From Octopus sinensis (lineage: Eukaryota), in NCBI RefSeq assembly GCF_006345805.1, contig NC_043008.1:72354001-72418000 (forward strand): DNA of 64,000 bases, in the 5' to 3' direction. Shown here one piece after another: positions 25,288 to 39,140 of the stretch (position 1 is its first letter; the number at the start of each line of letters is the position of its first letter). The position numbers and the translations under genes were made by a program. The notes under the pieces were generated by a model. It did no database searches and was not told where the DNA came from. It saw only the letters and a program-made list of their open reading frames with translations.

Positions 25288-25476
25288 AAGACGAGCTGGC
25301 AGAATCGAAAATGCTTAGCGGCATAGCATCATTCCTTACATTCTAAGTTCAAATTTCACCGAGGTCGACTTTGCCTTTCATCCTTTCAGGATTCATAAAT
25401 TAAGTATCAACGAAACACAGGAGCCGATAATGACTCGTCCCCGCCCACAAAATTTTAGGCCTTATAACTATAGTGG
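25288..25476 (+). mobile_element. SINE family B
   Basis: GAGCTGGCAGAATCG...CCGAGGTCGACTTTGCCTTTCATCC. Confidence 0.8.
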
Positions 25477-25541
<65 letters not shown>

Positions 25542-25565
25542 CATTATTATCATTATTATTATCAT

Positions 25566-26085
25566 TGAGTAAGAGAGCAGTGCATGCCATCAAAGTGACA
25601 CAGGATTAAAATATACGAAGCCCGCTATATCTATCATGACTACTCGTCTGATAAGGGTACACCAGGTACAGGCATCACAACCATATGTGCACATAGTGGT
25701 GATTTCATATCATGATAAACAGCGCATGACCTTGCAGGTGGAGCCCAGTTAGAATTTTCTTCAGATCAAGTAGCCCTTTCCGTTCAAAAGTTCCTTGAAT
25801 TAAGGGTTGTTTAAGGATGCTGAATGAAACACCGTTGTTTCCAAAGGCGAATTAGTCAAACCCCAAAGAATTCCTCTCAACACATACCTATGATGCTCTC
25901 TCACTTATCTGCTCATGATCGTCAGTCACTAAGGGACATGCTCAACTGGTTAAGGTAAAACAACTGAGAACCAAATCTGTTGTATGGAGCTGAATACTTT
26001 TTATACCAAGACAAAACATGTACATGATAACACTTCCAATCAGTTAACATCACAAGCCATGAGAGCCTGGCAGTGCATCAGGACA
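25566..26085 (-). mobile_element. ~520-bp non-coding element inserted in (TTA)n, copy 1
   Basis: End-to-end homology with 26438-26992; both ends abut TTA repeats; strand inferred from (TAA)n tail orientation. Confidence 0.75.
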
Positions 26086-26326
26086 TTTATTGTTATTTTT
26101 TAACTATTGTTATTAGTATTATTATTATTATTAATCAGTAGTCTTATTTTTATCACGACCTTTCACTGCACCACTCGTTAGTCCTTGTGTTATTGTTATG
26201 TATTTGTCGGAATAAATTTTTATCATACCTAATGCGCCTAATATGATAGGAACTGTTTCTGTTTTTAGATTCCACATTTAAGTTACCTCTCTTTACAGAT
26301 CTTTTATGATGATGATGATGATGATG

Positions 26327-26358
<32 letters not shown>

Positions 26359-26372
26359 TATTATTATTATTG

Positions 26373-26429
<57 letters not shown>

Positions 26430-26437
26430 TTATTATT

Positions 26438-26992
26438 GAGTGAGAGAGCAGTTCATGCCATCAAAGTGACACTGGGGTAAAATATACGAAGCCCAATATA
26501 CCCATCATGACTACCCGTCTGATAAAGGTACACCAGGCACATGCATCACAACCATATGTGCGCGACATGGTGATCTCATATCAAGATAAACAGCACATGA
26601 CCTTGCAGGTGGGGCCCAGTTAGAATTTTCTTCAGGTTGAGTAGCCCATCCCGCTCAAACGGTCCCTGAATAAGGGTTGTTTAAGGATGTTGAAAGAACC
26701 ACCCATGTTTCCAGAGGTGAACTATTCAAACCCCAAAGAATCCCTCTCAACACATGGCTATGATGCTCCCCCACTACTTCTGCTCGTGATCAGAGATGCA
26801 CATATCGTCAGCCACTAAGGGACATGCTCAACTGGTTATGGTCAAACAACTGACAAGCAAATCTGTGGTATTGAGCAGAATATTTGCTGTAGCCCATCTT
26901 TTATACCAAGACAAAACAATGTACATGATAACACTTCCAATCAGTTAAGATCAGAAGCCATGAGAGCCACTGCCTGGTACTGCATCAGGGCA
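26438..26992 (-). mobile_element. ~555-bp non-coding element inserted in (TTA)n, copy 2
   Basis: GAGTGAGAGAGCAG...CTGCATCAGGGCA flanked by TTA arrays. Confidence 0.75.
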
Positions 26993-27008
26993 ATTATTAT
27001 TATTATTA

Positions 27009-27040
<32 letters not shown>

Positions 27041-27059
27041 TATTATTATCATTATTATT

Positions 27060-30000
27060 CCTTCGTAACACAGTGTAGGTAAACATGCACCGGTGTCTTT
27101 AGTCATCTATCGAGTCACGACGAGGATCTCAGACAGATATTACTTACCTTAAATGTGCGCTCTGCCCAATAGAGCTGCTTTTTACAAGACTTCAATCTTG
27201 CATGGGATTTCCAGTCGCCTTAAGAAGTTTTGAAGTTTCAACGGGATTGAGTCCAACGTTCCGATCACCACTGAAGTATTTTCTTCCCTATCTTTAATGT
27301 CTATGTCAGGTCAATTAGCCTTTCGTTCTGTCGGTGTTGACTGCAAATTCCCAGAAGATAGTGACATTCTTACCTTCAGCGACTGGCTTAGGAATGATGT
27401 GCACACTAGTAAGCAGGAGTGCTGATTTTGTAGTGTTTACATATTTCCAAATGTAAATATTGTCCTACACTATCGTGGCAATTTTTGTATTCGTTTAGTG
27501 TCAGCACAGGACATCTCGAGACGAGATGGTCTATTGTTTCGTCAAATGTGTTGCAGAATCTGCATTTAGTGTCAGAACCATTTTGAAGAACGTTAACCTG
27601 ATAGTTTTGGGCAGGTATGCTTTGATCCTGTGCCACCAATATGAACTCTTCGGTCTCTGTTTTCAGTCCTGCTCTTCTTAGCCACTAATGGGTTGTTACT
27701 TGGTATACATCAACATTTTAAGCTGCTGGCTTAACCGCTCCTCAATTTGTTTCTACCCGTTCTTTTTTGCAGTCTGCTTGATCCATCCTGCTTGTTTGAT
27801 GGCAGTAGTTTCAGGTCATTCATCTAGTGCAGGGTTAATGTCAAGCTCCCTTGCGAATTTGCAAACCTCCTTTACAATAGAAAGCGATATTTTGCTGGTT
27901 TCGTTTTTGCACACATAGCCACATCATCCAGTTCTCTATACTAGATAAGTACCTGTTTATTGCTATTGTGGAGGTCTTATAGCACAGTTCTATCTGCATC
28001 ATTTCTCTTCCCCCATTACTTCTCGGTAGGTACAGACGATTAACGTCTGCTTTTGGGAGGTGCATGTTCCTGGATGTAATTAAGTTTCTTTTCTTCCTGT
28101 CCAGGCGTTGGAGTTCCATAAGATTCCAGTTAATGATGTTAAAACTGTCCTGGGCTACTGGAAGTGCCAGAATGTTAATGGCTTCCATGCCATTTTTAGA
28201 GATGAGTGCAGTCTTCAGTGTACCAGTCTTATTCTCCTATAGTTCTCCTTTCTTATTTTTTCTTCATAATACTATGATGTATACCAAGTTTATTTCAAGG
28301 TATTTATAACTTCCTTGTGGGTCCAGTTCCTTGATAGCAGTATTGATATCTATTTTAATGGAAGCCGTTTGTCTCAGCTTGTCACTTACAAAAGTTGCTT
28401 TAGCACACTTAACGTGGCCAAATTCCGTCCCAGTGACATTGCTAAACTCTTTAACAGTTGTTAAAAGCCCTTCTAGTTCTTACTTATTCCTTTCAAACAG
28501 TTTCAGATCGCCCAAGTAAAAAAGATGGTTTACTTCATTATCAAAAGTTTTGTACCCACATCTGGTGTTATTCAATTCTTTTGAGAGTGGAATCAGTGCC
28601 ATGTAAAAGAATAATGGGGAGAGGAAGTCACCTTGAAAGATGCTCGTTTGGTGCTGATGTCATTAGATTGGCTCATTCCATTACTATGGTTTAGAAGGAA
28701 ACGTGTATTCCACTTGGCCATACAACCTTGTAGGAGTTTCGAGACGACAGGAGAGATCTTATATATCTCAAAGACCTGGAGGAGTCACTTATGTGGGATA
28801 CTATCAAACGCTTTCCTGTAGTCTATCTATACTCATACTCAGGTTCTTGTTAGTAACTGAGCTTTCCATCCATAAGAATTCCTTTTACAACTTGTTTGCG
28901 CTTGTGGAAGTATAGAGTTTTGTTCCAGGAGAGTGTGTATCTTTTCAGTGGGTATGGATGTGAGGATCTTGTTGGGACATGTTACTGGTCGGTAGTTCTT
29001 TGGACTTTTCGTGTTTTCAGTTTTTGGTGACAGCTATATTGTTCCTTCAGTCAGACTGGTAGGCAATTGCTCTGGGCTCTGGATGACATCAGTTGGGGAT
29101 GCAGCGAAATTTTGGTGTACTTCTTCCAAACAGTTCAGCCAGAAGTTAGGGAGCCGGTCCAGTCCTGGGGTTTTCCATTTGTGAGACATCCTACGAACAC
29201 ATTTTAGCTCCTCTATTCCTACTCCCTCCTATTTCTCCTCTACAACTTCATCCAGTTTTACGTTCTCACGTTTTGTCGAGAGAGCTTCAGCATTATATTC
29301 TTTTTTGTTACTCCATATCTTCTTCCAGAACTCTCCCATTTCCTCAGACTTATGTGGCTCTTTTACTTCTATCTTGCTTTTGCCAATTTCCTTGTAAAAT
29401 GTTTTTGCATCCTTGTTTTGTGGATGAAATTTTATTCTTTTGCCTTACCTTCTGAGCCGTTAGGTTTTCAGTTGTATTAGTTGTTTCACTAGCTCCTTGG
29501 TTTCAAGGAGATTTATAAAATCTTTGATTTTATATTGTTACTTAATTTTTATAGCTTATTTCGCCTTAACATTTATTCTTCTAGCAAGTTCTTCGAGAAC
29601 TGATACATCCACTCTCAAAAATTCGATCTCTTTTTGTATTGCTACTTTCCACTTACGAGGTCTATTGACATGGTTGGTCCTCTGTTGTGTCGTCCTGATA
29701 CCTAATTGAGCAGTTACAACTTTAGCAGTAGAATATATGAGATTATTTAAGGTTTTTAGGTCATTTCCCTTATTTCTTAAGATCTTTCTAGGAGAAATAT
29801 TATTTATTACGATCATGTTGTTATTTTTATGCTGTTTGAGAGCCTTGGTAGCAGTTCTCTATTGATCATGTAAGTAAACTAAGTCCAGCTGAGTTCTCTC
29901 ATAATATTTTCTTTTGCTTCTTTGATCTCTATATTATTTACCTCAAATTCTGTCTCATATATATTTTGGTGTTCTTGAGGCAGATCTACTTTCTCCTCAT

Positions 30001-30255
30001 TTTCTGCATATCTGTTCTTTAGTATTCTTTCTTATGCTTCCTTGTTAGGATGTACTGTTCGTACACTGAATATATATGTAGCTGTTAACAATTTCATCAG
30101 TATTGTTACTGTTTTCATTTGGTCTGCCATGCAATATTTGTGTCTTAATTTGGCTAATTTCAGCGTCAATTAACTTTTTATTCTTAATGATAACCCTACG
30201 TACATTACTTAATTTAATTGCGTCTGTATATCTGCGTGCTTCGTTGCCTACTAAG
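27060..30255 (-). mobile_element. R4/Dong-clade non-LTR retrotransposon, near full length, decayed
   Basis: KLSNVRRVIIKNKKL N-terminus; LNNLIYSTAK; RT GIFQGDFLSPL and YLGDLKL; HLPKADVNRLYLPRSNGGR; CCHC knuckle CRFCNTFDETIDHLVSRC; RLE PDI motif; 3' end runs into (TAA)n on its sense strand. Confidence 0.9.
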
Positions 30256-30264
30256 TATTAGTTG

Positions 30265-30485
30265 TTTCAATAAATGTTCGTTGTTTCCTTGGTTGCAGGG
30301 AGGTTTACAAAATCTCTGATTTTGTATTTTTACTTGATTTTTCAAACTAGCTTCGCTTTAACATTTACATCTCTAGCAAGTTCGTCGAGAAATGATACAA
30401 CCGCCCGCACAGGTTTGATCTATTTTTATATTAATACTTTCCACTTAGGAGATCTAATGACATGGTTGGTCCTTTTCCGTTTTAT
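30265..30485 (-). mobile_element. Additional diverged fragment of the same R4/Dong-like family
   Basis: Homologous to ~29497-29700 (AAATCTCTGATTTTGTATT...CTAGCAAGTTC...GACATGGTTGGTCC). Confidence 0.7.
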
Positions 30486-30488
30486 AAA

Positions 30489-30757
<269 letters not shown>

Positions 30758-30759
<2 letters not shown>

Positions 30760-33700
30760 GGCGGCAAACCGAACGATAATTGAATGCTGGATCAGAAGTG
30801 AACCCAGTAAAAAGGGATTCCGACAATGAATGAAGCCAAAATGGAATGAAATAGGACTTTTCGAAATAAGTGAGCAACGGTTAGTCGACCAGGCAAGAGC
30901 ATTAAGAACAAAAGAGTGGTTAACATACGTAAAAATTGAAGAGATAAAAAGGAAAATAGAAAATAGAAATAATACTTCACCAACAGATACATTGCCCAGT
31001 GAGAAAAGAGACGTGAATGGTGGCAGGGAAGACGTAGAGCAAAGTGTAAATGTAAATGCATTCTCAGCAAATAAAGAAGTTATAGGAAGAGCTATAGCAC
31101 AAGAATACGAAGATGACCAACAAGATATAGGGATGATGCTGAGCTGATATATTAAAGACCAGGATCACCCAACAATCTGAGGTACATTGATCGACGAAAG
31201 CTCTAAGTTGAAACCGAAAAAATAGATTTGATCCTTGGGCTATTCCAGACGAGAAATATAACTGAAACTAACAAGATTATTTGGGCTGCGGCTATGGTTG
31301 CCGCAGGCAGAGTTGAATACAAAACAAGGGAACAAACAGAACGTAAAGAACCATTCTAGCGTAGAAGAATTAGTGAGAAACACAGTTAAAATGACATTTA
31401 GGTTAAGTTGATAGATTGAGTTGAGGGGAATTGCAGAATGAAAGCATAAGAATAATGCTAGAAAGAACATATAGAATAAGAGATAAAGGTTGTGATGCGA
31501 TATTAGAAGAATTGAAACAAAGAGTAGTAGCAATCAAAGCAAAACTGGGAAGATATGACAATAGAACAAAACAATTCAAGCAAAACAGATTGTTTGAAGC
31601 AAATCAGAAGAAACTGTTTCGGGAACTAGATGGGTAATTACACGTAACAATGAAGTTAGATGAAAAGGAAAGCAGGACATTCTGGAGAGGAATGTGGAAC
31701 CAACCTGTGGAACATAATGATGAAGCGAAGTGGCTGCATGAAATCCAAGATAGGTTAAGAAATATAGAAGTCCAAGAAGACATAAAGGTAACAATAGGAC
31801 TGATAAAAAGGCAGTTAAAAAAATACCCAAATTGTAAACCCGAGGATCGGAGGATGTCCAAGGTTATTGGGCGAAGAAAATGAGAGGGTTTCATGAAAGG
31901 ACAGCCCATTAGCTTGATGAGTGTTTGCAGAAAGGCGCAGTACCCAGCTGGATGACAAAGGGAAAGATATTGTTGTGTGCCAACGATCCTCAAAAAGGAA
32001 ATGTTGCATCCAGCTCTAGACCAATAATGTGGAAAGTAATGTCAGGTACTTTGGCCTGTGAACTGTATAGATACCTGGAAAACAGTGGGCTGCTACCTAT
32101 TGAACAGAAAGGGTGTCGAAAAAGGAGCTGGAGAACGAAGGATCAGCTCTTAATTGATAAGCTAATTTTCAGAAACTGCAAGAGAAGACACACAAGCCTC
32201 AGCATGGCATGGGTTGACAATCGTAAAGCATACGATATGATACCACACTCCTGAAAATTAGGGCGTAGCGGAAAATATGAGAAGCATAAAATGCTGGAGA
32301 AGGGAATTGACAGCAGGGACTCAAATATTAGGAGAGGTGAAATTAAAGAAAGGTATCTTCCAGGGGAATAGTATATCCCCACTAATCTTTGTGCTGGGAA
32401 TGATCCCATTGAGTGAAATACTACAGAAAATTATGTTGGGGCATGATCTTGGAAGGAGTAATGGATAACTGAAACACTTGCTATTCATGGACGACCTGAA
32501 GCTATCCCCAAAAACTGAGGTAGAACTTAACAGCCTAGTCCAGTCAGTGCAGATTTTCTCCAATGATATTAAGGTGGAGTTTGGATCCTCAAAATGTGCT
32601 ACGATGGTGATGAGACGAGGAAAGCTTTTTCAGAACAGAAGGCATGTGGTTACCAAGTGGTGAAATGATGACGGCAATTCAACTTCTATCCAGCTACAAA
32701 TACCTGACGTTGCATGGTACCCATCATCCACGAGCGAACACTGATCACCAACACATGAAGAGAGCAAATGGAGGAAGAGGAGTGATAAATATAGAAGACT
32801 GCGTGCGTATCGAACTCGAGAGCTTTATAAGATGCCTATCCCAAAGTAAGGGAACCTTGCTAGTGAAGAATTATGCAACAACGGAATATACAATCAATTT
32901 CATGTAGTCTCAACACAAGTTGAAGAAAAAATAGGCTGATGAAACGAACATTAAAAAAAGAGACAGAGAGCATTATATTGGCAGCGCAAGACCAAGCTTT
33001 GGCTGGTGGGTCAACCTTAGGAATGAGTATGTGTCGGTGCTGTTTTGCATCTGCAATATAGTGGATGAAACCATTCCCATGTCACGAACGAACGCCATTA
33101 GACATGCCCAAAACGACTGCAATTGTGGAGTCACAATCAGGTAGCGAAAAGGCTACATTGAAGATTGTGCGAAAAGTGGGGGCTAGAGAAAAGTAAGACG
33201 TGGTATGAGCACAAACCGCGGAGAATGGCGGAGTCGGAGACTAGCGAAACCCTCTGGGACTTCCCAATCTAAACAGATCAGGTGCTAGAGCATAACAGAC
33301 CGGACCCAGTGGTGGTGGACAAATGCACCACATATGCTATATAGTTGATGTTGCATACCTCTTTGACCCATGAATAGCCAAGAAGGAAGGCTGAAAGATA
33401 TACAACCCTCTTAAGTACGGAATAGCTCGGCTATGGAAAATGAAGGATGTAAAGATAGTGCCAATTAGACTGGTCAACAAAATGAAGCTTTTTTTAATAA
33501 TCAGAGTTCCTGATTGACTTTTCTGGGTTAATTGTTTATGCTGATTACGAATCTGAAGTCCGATTTCCTCTATAAGGTCACATTTTCGTGTTAATGATGC
33601 CTACTGTTTTAACTTATAGGATACGTATAGCATGTCTATATAAAGTATATTGAATACAAGATACGATAATTTCATGGTTTTTTATAATACGAAATTAAAA

Positions 33701-35200
33701 TTATTGTGTAGAAATAAGTTAGAATACTCTCAAATGCATAACAACTTAAAATCTTTGGGATTTGGACTTTCTATGGTGTTTTGTTTCAGGTTCATCCCTG
33801 TATAACATCCAACAGTAGTCAGCTAACATTCCTGCATTCCAGTATCCTTGATATCGTTGTTCCATCGATGCAATATCTTGATGAAAGCGTTCCCCTTGCT
33901 CCTCAGACAATGCTCCAAGGTTCTCTGCAAAAGGTTCAGATGTGAATCAAGGAAATGTACTTTTAGTGACATCCAACAGCCCATTGCTGCGTAGAAGCCT
34001 AGAAGACATTTCATTCCATTTCTAAACTCTAGAGATCTCTTGCTGCCTAGGAAATTTTCACAGAGCCATTTCAAGGATTCCCAGGCTTTAAGCTCAATCT
34101 CATCCAGTGAGAAAGTGATTGTCCGTCAGGGGTTCTTTTATCTGAGGACCTATGAATACGTCCTCCATCAGTTTTGCCTCGGTGATTTTTGGAAATTCGG
34201 CCTTCACATATTCATAACCTTTTGAGCTTTTCCTGGCAAGTGTCTTCATGAATTGTTTCATGAGGCCAAGCTTTATGTGAAGACGGAGAAGAACACTTTC
34301 TTGGTTTAAAAGTGGCTTCCTCTTTACGCTAGAAACTCCCGGCTCATATGATTTTCGCAAAGGCCACTCTGATTGCACATAGTGCTTGTTAGTTGCACAA
34401 CTGTCCCATAGGCATAACAAGCAACAATATTTCGTGAACCCAGATTGCATTTCCATCAACATTCCAATTGTCTTCAAGTCTCCACATAACTGTCCATGAA
34501 ATGATCCTTTGTCTCTCTCCATATCATAGGTATTGCAAACGGCATTGCTCACTTCCTCTTATTTAGCCAATCCGTTAGTCCATTTGAACAAGCTGAGCAG
34601 ATGATGTGCGGGGCCCAACTCTTATCTTGATCCCCAAGAGAGCAACCAAAGTATAACTGGTAGATCTTCTTGATTTCACTTGTGATGGCATGTTGCTGAG
34701 CTTTGGTGGTAAATGAACCACAGACATGACAAAATATATCAGGACTGTTCTTGCAATGCCTTGACATCCTAAGTAGAATTTAATGATGATGATGACTTGG
34801 CACTTCAAACAGAAAGTAAAATTTATGAAAAGAAAAGATTATGAATACATAAAATTACAAAATGAATACAAATAGTTATAAAACAGAAGTCAGAATTTAC
34901 CTGTATAAAACGTTTACGTGTGGCGATACTGCTGATGGGAGTTATATACCTCTCTTATCTCATCAGAAAAACTGTGCCTGATAGAAGGAAACCGATTACA
35001 TTTTTGAAATCTGCGGACAAAACTACATATAAAACACCATATAATATCCCTGATGAAAATTGGCTGTTGACCAGTGTTATTGTTGGGTTCTTGGGAACAA
35101 TATCAGAAGTTATCAAGTGGAATACTAAGGCAATTGGAAAAGCTGTAGTACGAAACATTGATAGTGAAATAATCTTTAGATTCGTTCAAATATGCTTGTG
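30758..35200 (+). mobile_element. Second R4/Dong-like LINE, decayed, interrupted at 33468-35076
   Basis: [18 protein letters not shown]; RT KDQLLIDK, WVDNRKAYDMIPHS, GIFQGNSISPL, LFMDDLKL; RLE RPDPVVVDK; KIVPI|IVGFLGTI rejoins across the insertion. Confidence 0.88.
33468..35076 (-). mobile_element. Chapaev3-like (CMC superfamily) DNA transposon, internally deleted
   Basis: TIRs (G/C)ACTGGTCAACA; TTA TSD at 33465-33467 and 35077-35079; MSRHCKNSPDIFCHVCG...GDQDKSWAPHIICSAC, CGDLK, GFTKYCCLLCLWDS, LHIKLGL, GPQIK, MSLKVHFLDSH. Confidence 0.85.
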
Positions 35201-35585
35201 ACAACTAAAAGGAATTTCACTGCTATTTACCTTGGAGAAAAATATTCTCGCTTATTGTAAAGGTCCAATATCATTTATATGTTAACATTGGACAGTTCTA
35301 GTGATACACAAATAACTCTTAAATATTATTAGAGCAGAGAATTAAGAATAGTCTGAAAATTCATTATGACCGTTGTTTTCTAAGTCTTCATGTCTCAGTA
35401 ATGGCAACTGAGATCGTTCCAAGAACTACTTTGTCTTATCACTGTACAACTGTATGGCGACGATATCGGTGAGTGATGGCGTAATGGCGTTATAGTTTAA
35501 TACTGCGAACTTGGGATTGCAGACAACAGTTTTATATATTTATATGTGTGTGTGTTTGTGAGTATGCGTGTGCTTAAGTACAACC

Positions 35586-35633
<48 letters not shown>

Positions 35634-36286
35634 TTATACATACGTACACACTCAGACGTCTATGTGTATAGTTTAGGAACCTCGCTCTCCCACCCCGAAA
35701 AGCCATAGACACATTTAAACACCACACAAGAGACAGACAGATCTCCATTTAGTCAATAGTATTTTAGTTAAATATATTTGACGTAGACTTATGTGAAACA
35801 TACCAATATAGAGCGCTAACTGCCAGATTTTGGTATGCTGATGGTGGCGTTGTGGTCGTTGTCTAAAAAGTTATGGTGGTGGTGGTGGTGGAAGTGTTGA
35901 CGGTGGAGTAATGTTATGCAATAGCGGTGGTGAAAGTAGTTGTAGTCTTCGTGTGTGAAGTAAAGATATGTAAATGAGGCAACAAGGGCAATGATGATGA
36001 TGGTATGGGTGATGGTGATGGTGATGGTGTTAGTGCTGCTTTTCAGGTTGCTGTTGTGGTTGATTTTTAACCCCAGGCGAGACTAATTGAGAGAACTTAT
36101 GATCAAAAGCATCCTAACTCAAATCCGTGACCATCCCATATATATGTGGGTGTATGTGTGTGCGAGTGAGTGTGTGTGTGTGCGTGCTCACGTATATTGT
36201 TCGACGTCTTTTTCCTTGTCTTAGTCATTTGAGTGTGAGATTTCTAGCAGTTTACAGTAACCACATAGATGTTGTTGGTGTTGACA

Positions 36287-36361
<75 letters not shown>

Positions 36362-36949
36362 AAGCAGCAACAACAGCAAGGTCTGCACTGGTCCTAAATT
36401 GCCTCTGGATAATTAATCGATGAAATAAAGTTAACGAATACCATTTAAACGAAGGCGGTTTGCTTCTATTTCCGTCTGGTTAATCCAGAGTAAGATGTTA
36501 TCTTCACCGAGCACATTGGTCTCTCCTTTTCCACATGGAACTGATCAATCCCAATATATTTGTAAACATACGATATGTCACTTTTCTAAGGAACTTAACC
36601 TTGCTGACCCTATCATGTATTTCCCTATGGCCTTCTTTCTTTCACAATATGTCGAATATAATCAAATGAAACCCGAACAAACAGCTCCTTCATCAGTTTT
36701 AGTTTCTCTCCCTTCTCAGTAACCGCCGCAGTTATTGTTCATTTAGAACAGAATCTACTGAAGACATCTTCTCCCACATCACACACCTGAGGTCCTTCAA
36801 CCTTTGAGAAGTTGTGAGACAGTAATAACGTTGTTCTCTCTTGACACCAAGGGAACTTTCGCTCGTATGTAACAAAAGTATCTCATTACTAATTTGCCTC
36901 CTTATGAACGTGATCAATCTTTCATTTCTCGGATCATAATTTCAAGACT

Positions 36950-37110
36950 AGATGGCTTCATTACAGTGCGCTCTGATGGGACCCTCCCTCCTCCATATTT
37001 TATCCTACCCTAAAAGTTCAGCTACATCTCACACACTTTCTATCCTTTACATTAATGACCTATATGATATTATGTAGATGACGCCACCTTCACGCCTCCA
37101 AACCTGCTAA
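36950..37110 (+). mobile_element. Highly decayed LINE RT fragment (CR1/L2/Jockey-like)
   Basis: ATTAATGACCTA...TATGTAGATGACGCCACC reads INDL...YVDDAT. Confidence 0.5.
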
Positions 37111-37647
37111 GTACTGATCACATCCACATGCACAAAGAAATCTCATGCTAGAAATGCGTCGTTTCCTTGAGCAATGATGTCAAAAATATTTCTTGAAAGG
37201 GAACATGTCAACTTAGACTTTCGAAAACTACAAATATTTCATTTATTGCAGGAAATATGTTATACTCGCCCAGCGACGTTGTTCCTGAGGCTACTTCAAA
37301 TTACTTTTGAGACCCAAAGGTTCGACTTTCTAACAGAAATCTGGATTTTGTGTGAAGCTCATTTCATTTTGTTACATTGCAATACATTTATTTTAGTGTT
37401 CTTAAATCTTAAACGGTTCTTCTAAAACTTGAATCTATATTGTTTTGTTTATTGCTTTAATATCTGTAATTACATTTTCACAATAAATATAATTATATTC
37501 CCAATATTTACATAAATTTTATCTCGGTGTGTTTCATTAAAGTTTACTCTTAAATCAATGCCAATATCAAATATAAACTAATGTTCCTCGCTCCTGCACT
37601 AGATTCTCTTTATTCCTGTTTAACACACAAGCAAAACCCTCAAGACT

Positions 37648-37820
37648 GGCGGTGAACTGGCAGAAACGTTAGGACGCTGGGCGAAATGCTTAGCGGTATT
37701 TCGTCCACCGTTACGTTGTGAGTTCGAATTACGCCGAGGTCCACTTTTGCCTTTCATCCTTTCGGGAGCGATAAATTAAGTACCAGTTACGCACTTGGGT
37801 CGATATAATCGACTTAATCC
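37648..37820 (+). mobile_element. SINE family B, CpG-rich copy
   Basis: GGCGGTGAACTGGCAGAAACGTTAG...GCCTTTCATCCTTTCGGG...TAAGTACCAGTTACGCAC. Confidence 0.88.
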
Positions 37821-38299
37821 GTATTCACTCAACATACGACACATTTTACCTGCTGAAGTTAATACATACGCTTTGTACTCTCTCTGTACCACAGACCTCA
37901 ATTGCTACAGCATTTGGTCCTCCAAACCAACAAGTTCCTCACCACTTTCAGCCAAGACACAATCCCAACAGCTTACAACACTCCACTCCATGTCTGTTTA
38001 CCTCATTTGTCTGAACTACCCCACCACCAGATCTTCCCTCAACATATTTATTAATCATTCTTCCCTAGAAATGTTGTTGTTTCTATTGTTGTTACTGAAG
38101 TCGCTGTTGCTATCAATGCAGTTTTTGTTATTGTCGTTGTTATTGCCATTGTAGTTGTAGGTTTTGCTTTTGTATAGTTGTTGCTTCTTCTTCTTCTTCT
38201 TCTTCTTCTTCTTCTTCTTCTTCTTCTTCCAATCAAGACTCACGTCATTAGCCACAAAGAATAATCTCTAATTCGAGTCTACTCTAAGCTACTAAGAAT

Positions 38300-38680
38300 G
38301 CGTGTGGCAACTTGAAGATCCACCCACTACACGTGATAGACTGGCGGTTGCACGGACGCGAAAGCTACGTTGTTATCCTTATTCCGTAAACGGTGGCTTT
38401 TAACGGGTGGAGAGCTGAACCATCCTGGGGTACAGAGGATTCGCAATGTAGACTAGGTTACACCATGGTCCCTCTGCTTTGTGGCAGAAGTAGGAAGAAA
38501 GAGTGAGAGAAAGTTGTAGTGAAAGAGTACAGCGGGGTTCACCACCACCACTACCCCGCCGGAGCCACGTGGAGCTTAGGTGTTTTGCTCAATAAACACT
38601 GACAATGCCCGGTCTGGGAATCGAAACCGCGTTCTAACGACAGCGAGTTCGCTGCCCTAGCCACTGGGCCATTGCGCCTC
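38300..38680 (-). mobile_element. SINE family C (tRNA head)
   Basis: Minus strand GAGGCGCAATGGCCCAGTGGCTAG (A-box) ...GGTTTCGATTCCCAG (B-box); 3' boundary uncertain. Confidence 0.7.
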
Positions 38681-38859
38681 AACTAGTTGTTGTTGCTGTA
38701 GCTGTTGTTTTATTTGTTGTTTTTATTTGCTGTAGTTATTACTGATGTTGTCTTGCTTACCCCTAGCATAAGCCTGATGATCAAAGTAGTCTTACTCCTT
38801 TCTTGAAATCACCAATAATGAAGTCGCCATTATTCGGTCACCTTGTTTCATTTACGCGG

Positions 38860-39140
38860 TAAATAAGAAACTGCTTCGTGAGATAAGGGCCACGAAACCG
38901 AGATTTCTTAGTCATGTGATAAGAAAAGAGGGCCTGAAGAATTTAGTAATGACCAGAAAGATTGAAGGAAAAACAAGCAGAGGAAGGAGAAGGATGATAT
39001 GGATGTTGAGCTTGATCAATTGGTTGGAAGGCGGAGGCATTAATCAGGAAGTGGCATTGTTATAGAAAATAAAGTATATAGAATTATGGTAGGATACAGT
39101 TGCCTATGTCCAAAATTCTGGACATGGCAACTAAAGAAGA
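38860..39140 (+). mobile_element. RTE-clade LINE 3' fragment
   Basis: RFLSHVIRKEGLKNLVMTRKIEGKTSRGRRRMIW is the typical RTE C-terminal G.IEG.R.RGR motif. Confidence 0.75.

Noticed and set aside
38600-38680. Possible tRNA gene
   Set aside because: A- and B-boxes present, but no acceptor stem closure and it continues into a SINE body
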